Shown: one piece after another, positions 12,976 to 24,947 of the stretch | How positions within the stretch are numbered: position 1 is the first letter of the stretch | Layout: each line of letters begins with the position of its first letter | From: Eledone cirrhosa | Lineage: Eukaryota | DNA length: 64,000 bases | Reading direction: 5' to 3' | NCBI GenBank assembly: GCA_964016885.1 | Contig: OZ024741.1 | Coordinates: 169,260,001 to 169,324,000 of the forward strand | Position numbers and translations under genes: made by a program | The notes under the pieces: model-generated | Databases searched by the model: none | What the model was told of the DNA's origin: nothing | What the model saw: only the letters and a program-made list of their open reading frames with translations

Positions 12976-13365
12976 CTTAGTGACATGGACCACATGACAT
13001 TGGTATTAAGTTGGTTGTATTCATCATAGCTTCATAGCCTGCCATTGTCACAGAACCTTAGTGACATGGACCACATGATATTGGTATTAAGTTGGTTGTA
13101 TTCATCATAGCTTCATAGTCTGTCATTGTCACAGAACCTTAGTGACATGGACCACATGACATTGGTATTAAGTTGGTTGTATTCATCATAGCTTCATAGT
13201 CTGTCATTGTCACAGAACCTTAGTGACATGGACCACATGACATTGGTATTAAGTTGGTTGTATTCATCATAGCTTCATAGCCTGCCATTGTCACAGAACT
13301 TTAGTGACATGGACCACATGATATTGGTATTAAGTTGGTTGGTTTTGTCATAGTTTTATAGCTTG
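12976..13365. repeat. 81-bp minisatellite, about 4.5 copies
   Basis: Unit starts (C/T)TTAGTGACATGGACCACATG at 12976, 13057, 13138, 13219 and 13300. Confidence 0.95.
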
Positions 13366-13498
13366 CCAGTTTAAAGTTGCACTCTAGTATGTTCCCTTTT
13401 ACATAGAGAACACATGATGTTACCACTTACACAAAATATCACCTTCACCTTCACATATATTTATTTATATATACATATATTATATATAAATATAATAT

Positions 13499-13546
<48 letters not shown>

Positions 13547-13725
13547 ATAGATAGAGAAAGAGATATAGATATATTTCTTCATCAGTCACTCCCTAGATAT
13601 ATAATTTTGTTCATAAAATTAGTATTGTATTTTTACTTCCAGTCCTGGATATGTGTTTTTCCATGTGCCAACTTGCAAATATATATTTTACATGTAATGT
13701 TACACACACTGCTTGATTCCATAAC

Positions 13726-13785
<60 letters not shown>

Positions 13786-13882
13786 TTATTATTATTATTG
13801 TTATTATTATATAAGTATATATATATTATGTATATATTTTTGTGTATACATATGTATATATATATACATATACATATATATT

Positions 13883-14150
13883 AATGAATAAATAAATAAC
13901 CAAGGCTCAATAATCATTGAACTTTGGTTATTTAGTTATTCGTTAATATATCAATTATAATTGATTAACATATGTTTCATTCAAATACAGAAGGAGGTAG
14001 TATTTGATTCCTCTGTAAACAAATTATCTAATTATTCTGACAATTTCTTTACAGGGGAGTTAAATACTACCGCCTTCTGTATTTCAATGAAACATATGTA
14101 AATCAATTAAATAATGTATTAATGTATTACCTTGGTTATTTTTTATTCAT
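13883..14150. mobile_element. (TA)n-flanked fold-back element with decayed hammerhead (14030-14108, +)
   Basis: Inverted arms at ~13960-14028 and ~14040-14108. AATTATT-CTGACAA-stem II-GAAA-CATATG-TA-AATCAATT; the G8>A change is compatible with CpG decay. Confidence 0.6.
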
Positions 14151-14169
14151 TTATTTCTGCTTTATATAA

Positions 14170-14298
<129 letters not shown>

Positions 14299-14369
14299 TT
14301 ATTATTATTATATAAGTATATATATTATGTATGTGTATATATGTATATATATATACCTATGTATGTATA

Positions 14370-14589
14370 TATATGAATAAACATTAACACAGTTTTGTGT
14401 AGTTACATAACTAGATTTGTTGTCATGCACATTTCCACAATGCCAGTGCATTGTAGTTATGTAAATACAACTTCAGTTGGCATGCCTTCAACTGATGAAG
14501 CCATGTCAACTAAAGTTGTGACTACATAACAACAATGCACTGGTGTATTTATGTATTTACACAAGCCTCTCTTAATGTTTATTCATATA
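14370..14589. mobile_element. Fold-back element centred on a hammerhead CTGATGA core
   Basis: Outer arms TATATGAATAAACATTAA / TTAATGTTTATTCATATA, inner arms ~14444-14490 / ~14495-14544, and CTGATGA at 14492-14498. Confidence 0.55.
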
Positions 14590-15044
14590 ACAGTACACTG
14601 TCATTTTATACGTAATCCCATATCACTGTTGGATACATACAAGTGACATTCAGTGCTTAAACCTGCTTCCATGATAGTTTATGGATTGAGATCGTGCAAA
14701 TGCAACACTCATAAATAATCAAATAAAGAAAAACTTATATATATATGCGAAAGTGAGGGGTTTTTTTAAATATAGAAAAAAGAAGTTGAAAATCTAATTG
14801 GAGCCTTTAAGATTTGTTGATAATAACTTTACTGTTTTCACGTTTGTATGATTGTCAAACGTTAAATGAGATGTAGAGATGTGTGACTATGTGGTGATGT
14901 ATCTCGCATCTGATGTTTTGGGAAATTTTGTGAAACCAGAAAAGTTATTATTAATATATCTTCTTAAAGACTTCACTTGCATGTGCAAATTCTTTCATAT
15001 ATATATATATATATATATGTATGTATATATATATATATATATAT

Positions 15045-15611
15045 AGTAATAATAATAAATTTGAAGACTAAAATCCAAAGAGGGCTCGATAAGGATAAAT
15101 ATATATCAAATATATAAGAACCGTAGAGCAAAAATTTATTAAAATAACAGATTAAAGTTTAAGCAAAGAATCGGTGCTTTCACCCTTAACGGGATCTTCT
15201 GAAACTAACAAAGTCAATCTATAAACGCAGAAGTGGATATTTCAAAAAACGTTGCAACCGGAGGAAGACAGGAAGACGATACTTTGGTTCGTGGAAACAT
15301 TCCCTTCACAAAACATACAGGTAATATATACTTACCTATGCAAATAAGTAATGGTATAAACATAACATATACTTAGCTACCACATCAAGACGTAAAATAT
15401 CCATGTATAGATCGTACTATCCGTTGATGTCATCCTCAATGCCTGTAAATCGGTGATTAATTTCGACAACTCTATTTGGATTAAAAAATCCAATAGTACC
15501 CCATTCGACGTGAGTATGGGCGCCAGCGATTCTGCGGAGGTTTCAGAAGATCCCGTTAAGGGTGAAAGCAGCGATTCTTTGCTTAAACTTTAATCGGTTA
15601 TTTTAATAAAT
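15045..15611. mobile_element. Internally deleted Penelope-like element with inverted pLTRs and RT fragment
   Basis: Inverted arms 15134-15205 and 15540-15611. Plus strand ~15425-15542 reads DVILNACKSVINFDNSIWIKKSNSTPFDVSMGASDSAEV (Penelope RT motif FDVxMGxxDxAEV). (TA)n on both sides. Confidence 0.85.
15539..15589 (+). ncRNA. Hammerhead-like motif with variant core CAGAAGA (also on the minus strand at 15156-15206 and 19503-19553)
   Basis: (A/G)GTTT-CAGAAGA-TCCCGTTAAGGGT-GAAA-GCA..TGC-TT-AAACT; all three stems pair. Confidence 0.6.
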
Positions 15612-15654
15612 ATATATATTAATATTAATATATATATACATATTATATATTAAT

Positions 15655-16205
15655 ATTATAATAAATGTTTGGTAAACCCATACGTACATATATACATATA
15701 TGTGCATGTATGTATATATATACATACTACTGTACATCTGTATACATATATGTATGTACGTATACATACTTATATTTAAGTAACAGCCGTACTAAGAGTG
15801 AGAAAGGAAATTTCGTTTCATTTTTTCCATTTATCGTTTTCGGTGCGCCCGGCCGACTAACTCACTCAATATGCAAATTAGGCTGCTCAGCCGTTAATAT
15901 GCATAAGGAAAGTATATACTTTCAGACGTTCAATCATCTGGCAGGAAGGTATACAATGCTGACGATAGCTAATAAGCTTGAAACTAGTACATCGTTCCTT
16001 TGTCAGTGTTGAACAAAAGGGCAATGATGGTTGCTAAACACTGTACGGCTTAATTCGGGAAGTTTGTTTAAAAACAAACCGAGCATTATAATAAATGTTC
16101 GGTAAACCCATACGTACATATATATATGTGTGCATGTATGTATACTACTGTACGTCTGTATACATATATGTATCTATGTATACATACTTATATATATATA
16201 CATAT
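15655..16205 (+). mobile_element. Retrozyme/pLTR-like unit: ~430-bp monomer plus partial second copy
   Basis: ~120-bp direct repeats (ATAATAAATGTTyGGTAAACCCATACGTAC... at ~15658 and ~16089) bracket a unique part containing a hammerhead. Confidence 0.65.
15953..15995 (+). ncRNA. Minimal type-I hammerhead ribozyme
   Basis: ACAATG-CTGACGA-TAGCT AATA AGCTT-GAAA-CTAG-TA-CATCGT: intact core, palindromic loop 3, GUA triplet, one mismatch in stem I. Confidence 0.8.
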
Positions 16206-16379
16206 ATATAGTAGTAAAGGGTGCAATTGGATTGCATTCACAGGTGGTGTGCCAAGATGAGCACTCAATCCTATTGGGGAGCAGAGTATTAATAATAATA
16301 ATTAGGGAACAAAGAATCAGATGTTGCATTATATACATATGTAATATGTCATTAAATATGCATATGATGTAACACTAAT

Positions 16380-16478
16380 ACCGAAGTTAACTTTGCCTTT
16401 CATCCTTACAGGGTCGATAAAATAAAGTACCAGTAATACGCTGGGATAATTGCTGGCCTTGGGCCAAAAGTAGAAACA

Positions 16479-16480
<2 letters not shown>
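16380..16480 (+). mobile_element. 5'-truncated SINE family A with (ATT)n tail
   Basis: Family A core followed by AAAAGTAGAAACAATTATTATT. Confidence 0.85.
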
Positions 16481-16513
<33 letters not shown>

Positions 16514-16516
16514 GTA

Positions 16517-16580
<64 letters not shown>

Positions 16581-16701
16581 GAGGTTATATTTAATTTGTT
16601 GGGATTCAACAAGCTTAAGAATTGTTATAACTGATAAGTTCATTCAACTTATAACATGAAGTTCACATGAAGATATGTCACTATCTTTACACCAAATATT
16701 G

Positions 16702-16762
16702 TATTTTATGTGACGAAAGCGTACTAAAATATTAGTACCCTTGAAATACATATGATAAAATA
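16702..16762 (+). ncRNA. Decayed hammerhead motif
   Basis: TATTTTAT-GTGACGA-AAGCGTACTAA..TTAGTACCCTT-GAAA-TACATA-TG-ATAAAATA. Stems I and II pair; C3 and the cleavage site are mutated. Confidence 0.5.
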
Positions 16763-16906
16763 TATATGGTTTCATAAAGATATTTTCCATTTATTAATAT
16801 TATTGATATTATTGATATTAATGATACTCCGGAAAATTCTCGTTGAGTGCTTCTAATCTGTTATAAATTAACTTTGTTGAATAACCAATAAACCAAATAA
16901 CTCATT

Positions 16907-16943
<37 letters not shown>

Positions 16944-17274
16944 AATGTGCAGTGTATAATGACACTATCAACCAACCAGCGGTTTTCCACGAAGGGACTG
17001 GGCAGCACCTACTGAGTGGGACTCACCTTGCTAAACTTTCCCCTGGCTGGGATAGGTTAAAATAAACTTAGGGAACCTACGGCTTAGCACCATTTAATTA
17101 CCTCCCTTAGTGGATTATGTCCCTTTCACCGACGCCATTGTGTTTACACATTTTCGGATATAACTCTATTAACCCAAGCATCGAGCACACCACACTTCGG
17201 CTATTGGCATTTAGTATTCTGTATCACACCTCTTTGTACCTCTCTGCTTCCTCCTCTCTTACGATACTTAAACC

Positions 17275-17307
<33 letters not shown>

Positions 17308-17315
<8 letters not shown>

Positions 17316-17562
17316 AGATCAAAAGATGGTTAAAAGAGTTCCATGTATTTTATTATGCGCATTTCATATCATGTCTCCCTATTTTATCTGACGAAAACGC
17401 AAATGTCATCTCATGATGATATTTGTTTTTGAAATGCGCATAATAAAATACATGGAACTCTTTTAACCATCTTTTGATCTTATATTATTTATACTCCAGT
17501 CCTACAAACTGTAGAGTGCTACTTATCCGATATTTTACTACAATAAAACTCACCTCCTACAC
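17308..17562 (+). mobile_element. Fold-back hammerhead element (same family as 29955-30385)
   Basis: Arms 17308-17366 and 17430-17488, then a unique tail ending CACCTCCTACAC. (TA)n on both sides. Confidence 0.85.
17380..17450 (+). ncRNA. Type-I hammerhead ribozyme
   Basis: TATTTTAT-CTGACGA-(16-bp stem II, 1 mismatch)-GAAA-TGCGCA-TA-ATAAAATA. Confidence 0.85.
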
Positions 17563-19053
17563 TATATATATATATATATATCATCATCATCATCATTTTA
17601 TCCGCTTTCTCTGCCAGCAAAGTATATATATCAACCTTAAAATACCAAAACCACAAGGACTTCCAGCAGTAGATGGTTTTGTCTGTTTTTCTGTTGCCTC
17701 CGCCTACCTTTTTTATTCATTTTGTATAAACTTGGCCACATGGGACACTTTTTAAAATTATATATATAATTTATGTCTATTTTCCATGCTTGCATGGATT
17801 GGACAGGTTGTCATATTTTGAGGTTAGATAGATCAGATAAATATGATTTACTCATATATATATGTTTATGTATTGCATTCCAACTGCACACACATATCCA
17901 CTCTAATGTGCTTGCACATAGCCAAGCTACAAATGTTATACACACAATTCATCATAACTGTTTATCTGTATCTAGATGCTATATATATATATTTGTGTTT
18001 GTGTGTATATAATTTTAACATATATGAATGTGGTATATATATGATATTATGTATAAATGTACACATTGGCATATATTTTTCTTATGTACACGTATGGATA
18101 TGTATATATATTTAGGCTTGTCAGATTGTCACACCCTGAGACAAGTCAGGTCAGGTGACCATGTCTTACTCATATGGATCTGTATTTTTCTTGGTTTCTA
18201 TGTAGGGATGCTCTTCCTAACACCAACCACATTACAGTGTGGACAGGGTACTTTTTATCATGGCATCAAAACAACCATCTTAATATGAATATATATATTT
18301 ATTTATATATGTATGCCTCCCAATGTATATGCGTGCGTGTGGAATGCTTCAAAACCAAAGACCATGTATGAGAACTGCTTAAGATCCTAAAGTGCCAAAT
18401 TTCTTTGTATGATTGGAAACATCTTGTGAAGTGGCAGTCATTAGAACATTGGATATATGACTTTGCAGTATCCAGTCATTAGAACATTGGATATATGACT
18501 TTGCAGTATCAATTCTGGCTCTTTGCATTCTAAGTTTGAATTCCACCAAAGTCAACTTCATTCTTTCAACGTCAATAAATAAAGTTCCACATCCAGGACT
18601 AGGGTCAATCCTTCCTCTCTCACACACTTTCTTTCCTATTTCTCTTGAAGAAATCATTTGTGTTCACACCCTAGACATACCACATATCACTTTATTTCCC
18701 CCTACCACTCTATCAGAAGTTAAGGGCTCATAGATGGCATGACATGGGCGTTTGTTATAACTAAAAATACCTCAACCAGCAGGCCAATATGCCTAACATA
18801 TCTACATAGGTATATAGGTCCATGATAGAAAGAACAGCATTTAGTTTCATAACTCTTTGTACTCACATAGAATTCTTGTCAGAATCAACATCGTCTTTTA
18901 TCCCTTTGGGCTCAACTAAATATGTATCAGTGATACACTAAGGTTCAATAGAGTCTGGAAGCCTTCCAATACAATTTTAATCTTGCACTTAAGGATACCA
19001 TATATTTGTACAGTTGCAAATTTAAATACTAATATATATATATATGTACATAC

Positions 19054-19095
<42 letters not shown>

Positions 19096-19391
19096 GTATG
19101 TACATATATATATATATATTAGTATTTAAATTTGCAATATATATATATATAGTAATAATAATATATATATAATAATAATATATATATATATTTATAATAA
19201 TAATAATATATATATATATTATTATTATATATATATATATATAATAATAATATATAATTATATATATATATATATATATAATAATAATAATATAATAGTA
19301 ATAATAATATATATATAATAATAATATATATATAATAATAATATATATATATATATATATATTAGTATTTAAATTTGCAATATATTTATAT

Positions 19392-19573
19392 AGTAATAAT
19401 AATAAATATGAAGACTAAAATCCAAAGAGGGCTCGATAAGGATAAATATATATCAAATATATAAGAACCCTAGAGCAAAAATTTATTAAAATAACAGATT
19501 AAAGTTTAAGCAAAGAATCGCTGCTTTCGCCCTTAACAGGATCTTCTGAAACTTTAATCTGTTATTTTAATAA

Positions 19574-19575
<2 letters not shown>
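19392..19575 (-). mobile_element. Short fold-back copy of the 15045-15611 Penelope-like family
   Basis: Nearly identical to 15045-15206, then switches strand at AAACT (19549-19553). Confidence 0.85.
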
Positions 19576-19641
<66 letters not shown>

Positions 19642-19732
19642 AAATGGCGTGCTGCGTTGTTGCGAGTGTGATACATATGATAGTCAGAAGATCACTGATA
19701 ATGGACAGTTCCGTTTCTCGCTCTATTTTTCA

Positions 19733-19790
<58 letters not shown>

Positions 19791-21424
19791 TATAGATATG
19801 TTTATGTGTACATCATAATTTTTACATCAATTTATGTATACTTTCCATGCTGGCATACGTTGGATAAAGATGCTTACAGCCCCTAGGTTTTCCTGAGTTG
19901 TCACCCATCTAAGTACTAACCAAGACTGACATTGCTTACCTTCAGCATTTTCACCTTAATGTGTGTGTGTTATGCTTTGCGGAATTTGTTTTGAGTAAAA
20001 AATCTAACTCAGGTCAACTTTGTCTTCCATCCATTGTTTCAGGGTCAATGAAATGAAGTACCAGTTCAGAGGAAAGAGGGGATTGGTGGAATTGTAAGTG
20101 CATCTGACAAGATACCTTATGGCATTTGTCCAGGCTCTTTAAATTCTTAGTCCATGGATAGTGGTAGATTTAATCTGTCACACGTTTTTACACCACCAAC
20201 TGGTCCTTGACTCTCTTAATGTTGTAAGCATTATGGCTAGGTCTCAATTTGAAGACAACTTTCTACCAGTCTTATTAGAAAATTAAAGGCTTATGGGCGC
20301 TGCTCTTCCCTCACTAACTCATCATCATCATTTAATGTACATTTTCCCCGGAAGCTAGAATTGAATGGGTCATCACAAACCATTCAGAAATAATTAGAAA
20401 TACTGACATAGATGAACTGGGAGCTGTATCACACTTGCATATGTTCCCACACTCTACAGTGTGTAATAAGTGCATTTTATGGAGGCTTCAGCATAAGGGA
20501 CGTTGTTATATCTTTAACACAACTGCAGTGTCCTCTTGGCCTTTTGTTTGGTCAGTTTTCTATGGCTGAATGCTCTTTCTAACACCTTCCATTTTACAGT
20601 GTGTACTGGGTGCATTATATCGTGTTACAAGCACTAGAGAGGTTGTTGTAAACTTGACACAACTGAAAAGTTCTCTCAACCTTGTTTTGGCTTTCAAGAA
20701 CTTCCAAAAAATTCATTAAAAATATTTATAAAGTTCACTATATTTCTTTGTGTATAATACTTCTTGAATATGCTATCACCCTTATTTCTAAGGCCAATAA
20801 AAAATGGGTGTAAATTATATCCTTGTATATAATAAGTCTGTAGAGTTGAGTTATGCCTGTGTAAACGTTTTTCTAACAAATATTTCTGATATATCAAACA
20901 CTGCTTGTAAACTATTGTCATTAACACATATTTGCGATCTTACCATTTAAAATGAGTAAAAATTTCTGAAAATGTTTACTCGTGTATAATGCCACCACAT
21001 ATTTTTGCCCTCAATTTTAGTTCATAATTTTTTTAAAAATACAGTAGACATTTTATTCCTTTACACTTTTCTCCGTTGACCATCACAAAAACAAAACTTT
21101 AACAAAATTCCTCTAATATGAATATATTTTAAAGTCTTCTTTTTGAGTAAAGTTTAAAACTCTAATTTACTTTATGAAATACGATAAAGACGTTTTTTTC
21201 CTGAAAATGTTGCATTGCAAATAGTTATAATCTCCTGTGTCTTTATTTGGCTTACTGAAATAAATACCTTTTATTGATCTGACTGAAATAGCAAATACTT
21301 TGTTTAAAAACATCTTGGTATTCAGAAAGTAATCTACTTTGATAGTTCAAAGTATCATGTCCTTTGACACAAAAAAAATCATTCTTATTATACTTTATAA
21401 AATTAGAATTAAATGCTGACAAGG

Positions 21425-21790
21425 TTGATGATAGTGGTATTGATGATAATGATGATAATGATAATGATAATGATGATATCAACGATGATGATGATGATGA
21501 TACTAATGATTATGATAATGTTGATGATAATTATGATGCTGATGACAATATTGAAAATGTTGATGATGATATCGATAATGAAAACAATGAAACAAGATAA
21601 TAGAGATAATAATGAGAATGATGATGGCGATGATGATAATGATGATGGCGATGATGATGAGATGATGATGATAATGATGATGGCGATGATGATGATAATG
21701 ATGATGATCGTGATAATGATGATGATGATGATGATAATAATGATATATTTGATGATGATGATGATGATGACAAGAAAAAGAGGGTGATGA
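21425..21790. repeat. Degenerate (GAT)n microsatellite
   Basis: Visible trinucleotide tract. Confidence 0.9.
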
Positions 21791-22018
21791 GGGGGTGAAG
21801 GTTTGCTTTTCTTGTGGAAAAGTCAAGATGCAATCCAATAATTAGCAAATAACACAACTAGTATTATATTCTAAGTACATTTCAAAGAACAGATGAACAA
21901 ATGTTGAAAGTATATATTTTTACAACGTGCTATTCTAAATTAAAAGATTTACCCATTTTGTATTAAATTTTCAGTATGCCAGACAATAATCTAAAAACTT
22001 ATGTAATTTATATACATT

Positions 22019-22049
<31 letters not shown>

Positions 22050-22310
22050 CACATAAGAAACGGAGAATCAGTGGTGCAATGAATAGGATTTATTAGACAT
22101 GTTACAATCGTTTCTCTGGCGACCAGCTCGAGGCACGATCGATGTAATGATCGAGCCTGACTCTGAAATCGCAAGTTGATACCGTAAGGAATCATAGCAC
22201 TCAGATATGTCTCAATTCTACGAAGCAGAGTTCCAAATTGTAATTTTCATATATATACTTTTATGTTTATTATGTTAGTATATGTATATATATATGAGTA
22301 TCTGAATATA
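22050..22310 (-). mobile_element. (TA)n-flanked pLTR-like element with hammerhead-like fold (22095-22212)
   Basis: Minus strand: AGACATAT-CTGAGTG...GAAA-CGATTG-TA-ACATGTCT-AATAAA. Confidence 0.45.
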
Positions 22311-22329
22311 TATATATATATATATATAT

Positions 22330-22678
22330 CATCATCATTTCATCATCATTTCATTTTACGTCCACTTTTTCCCTGCTTGCAAGGGTGGGACGGGAACTGA
22401 TTTTGGCTTGATTTCTACAGCTGGATGCCCTTCCTAACACCAACCTCATTTACAGTGAGTGCTGGGTGCTTTTTTGCCGTGGCACCTCCACGACCACTTT
22501 ACAGTGGAATGATAGGGACCCCAGTCCCTATCATCTCATTTCTACAGCTGAGTAAACTGGAGCAATGTGAAATAAAGTGTCTTGCTCAAGGAAACAACAC
22601 ATCACCCGGTCTAAGAATTGAACTCACAACCTTTCGATTGCAAGGCCAATGCTCTAACAACTAAGCCATGTGCCTCCA
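22330..22678 (-). mobile_element. tRNA-derived SINE family B with (GAT)n tail
   Basis: Minus strand: head GGAGGCACATGGCTTAGTTGTTAGAGCATT, B-box GAGTTCAATTC, CORE-like TCCTTGAGCAAGACACTTTATTTCAC, then AGGAAGGGCATCCAGC and GAT repeats. Confidence 0.85.
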
Positions 22679-22770
22679 TTATATATATATATGTGTGTGT
22701 GTGTATCTGAGTATATATATATGTATATGTATATATGCATGTATATATATATACATATATATATATGTAC

Positions 22771-22812
<42 letters not shown>

Positions 22813-22816
22813 GTAC

Positions 22817-22847
<31 letters not shown>

Positions 22848-22994
22848 TATACATATATATATGTACATATATATATATATATATATATACATATATATAT
22901 GTACATATATATACATATATATATATAAACGATGATGATGATGATGATGATGATGATATATATATTTGTACATATATATATGTACATATATATA

Positions 22995-23044
<50 letters not shown>

Positions 23045-23270
23045 TACATATATACATATACATATATATATATATACTCAGATACTCATATATATATATA
23101 TACATATACTAACATAATAAACATAAAAGTGTATATGAAAATAGCAATGCCAAAAAGAATAAAAATAATGTGGAAGAGGAAAAGAGATTATGGCAGTGCC
23201 CCAGCATGACCTCAGCCCATCAGATGGAACAAGTAAAAGAGCAAAATAGAGAGATTATTATACAGCTACA

Positions 23271-23461
23271 GGGCGGTGAATTGGCAGTATCGGTAGAGGG
23301 TTGGACGCCATGCTTTGACGCATAGAGTTACGGCCCTTGCCATTCTGAGTTCAAATCCTGCCGAGGTTAACTTTGCCTTTCATCCTTATGGGGTCGATAA
23401 AATAAAGTGCCAGTAATGTACTGGTGGGGTAATTGCTGGCCTTGTGCCAAAAGTAGAAACA
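23271..23461 (+). mobile_element. SINE family A, full length
   Basis: A/B boxes, core, TSD ATTATTATACAGCTACA. Confidence 0.9.
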
Positions 23462-23744
23462 ATTATTATACAGCTACATATTAGAAGAGAAAAATAAAGA
23501 AATATATATATTAGGAGAGAAAAACAACAGAAATTGTGTGAACGCTTCGTAAAGACAAAAATAACTTAGTATTGTTAAATTATTGATAATCCAACTTATC
23601 TTAGTTTTCATTTCATACAATCTTTTGTGCATAGTTAGAAAGCTTTATTGAGATTATTCAAATAATATGTATGTTATAATATTTATGTGCCTGTGTGTAT
23701 GTTATGTGTGTGTGTGTGTGTGTGCGTGTGTGTGTGCGTGTGTG

Positions 23745-24675
23745 TGTATTTATGTGTATGTTGGTATTTGCTTGTATGCATGACTATGTGTGGGTATGTA
23801 TATATTTATGTGTATGTGTATGTCTACATGTGCCTGTATGCATGTTTATGTGTGGGTATGTATATATTTATGTGTATGTGTGTGTCTATATGTGCCTGTA
23901 TGCATGTGTATGTATGTGTGTGTGTATGTATATATTTAAGTATATGTTGGTATCTGCCTGTATAGATGTTTATGTGTGGGTATGTATATATTTATGTGTA
24001 TGTGTGTGTCTATATGTGCCTGTATGCATGTGTATGTATGTGTGTGTGTATGTATATATTTATGTGTATGTTGGTATCTGCCTGTATAGATGTTTATGTG
24101 TGGGTATGTATATATTTATGTGTATGTGTGTGTCTATATGTGCCTGTATGCATGTGTATGTATGTGTGTGTGTATGTATATATTTAAGTATATGTTGGTA
24201 TCTGCCTGTATAGATGTTTATGTGTGGGTATGTATATATTTATGTGTATGTGTGTGTCTATATGTGCCTGTATGCATGTGTATGTATGTGTGTGTGTATG
24301 TATATATTTATGTGTATGTTGGTATCTGCCTGTATAGATGTTTATGTGTGGGTATGTATATATTTATGTGTATGTGTGTGTCTATATGTGCCTGTATGCA
24401 TGTGTATGTATGTGTGTGTGTATGTATATATTTATGTGTATGTTGGTATCTGCCTGTATAGATGTTTATGTGTGGGTATGTATATATTTATGTGTATGTG
24501 TGTGTCTATATGTGCCTGTATGCATGTGTATGTATGTGTGTGTGTATGTATATATTTATGTGTATGTTGGTATCTGCCTGTATAGATGTTTATGTGTGGG
24601 TATGTATATATTTATGTGTATGTGTGTGTCTATATGTGCCTGTATGCATGTGTATGTATATATTTATGTGTATGC
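23745..24675. repeat. 124-bp minisatellite built from GT/AT dinucleotide runs, about 7.5 copies
   Basis: Identical registers at 23966, 24090, 24214, 24338, 24462 and 24586. Confidence 0.95.
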
Positions 24676-24947
24676 CAGTCATCATCATCATCATCATTAT
24701 TTTACATCCGTTTTTTCCCTGTTTGCAAGGGTTGGATGGGTCCTATTCAGCACAGCATTTCTCCACTTGTCACGGTCCTTCGTCATCTCCTCTGTGGGTT
24801 TCAGCGATCTGAGGTCTGCTCTCACCACCTATGCCCATGTTTTCGTGGTCTACCTCTACTGCGTCTTCCTTCTACTGTATGTATGTGTATATGTGTGTAT
24901 GTATATATTTATGTGAATGCTTTTGTGTATGTCTGTATGTGCCTGTA

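Noticed and set aside
12976-13365. CRISPR-like or coding repeat
   Set aside because: No unique spacers, eukaryotic context, stops in all six frames.
15901-15950. Minus-strand CAGATGA...GAAA-GTATATAC-TT hammerhead-like motif
   Set aside because: No stem I pairing could be found.
21364-21857. Asp-rich, Met-rich and His-rich ORFs
   Set aside because: Alternative frames of a (GAT)n tract, with no splice or domain evidence.
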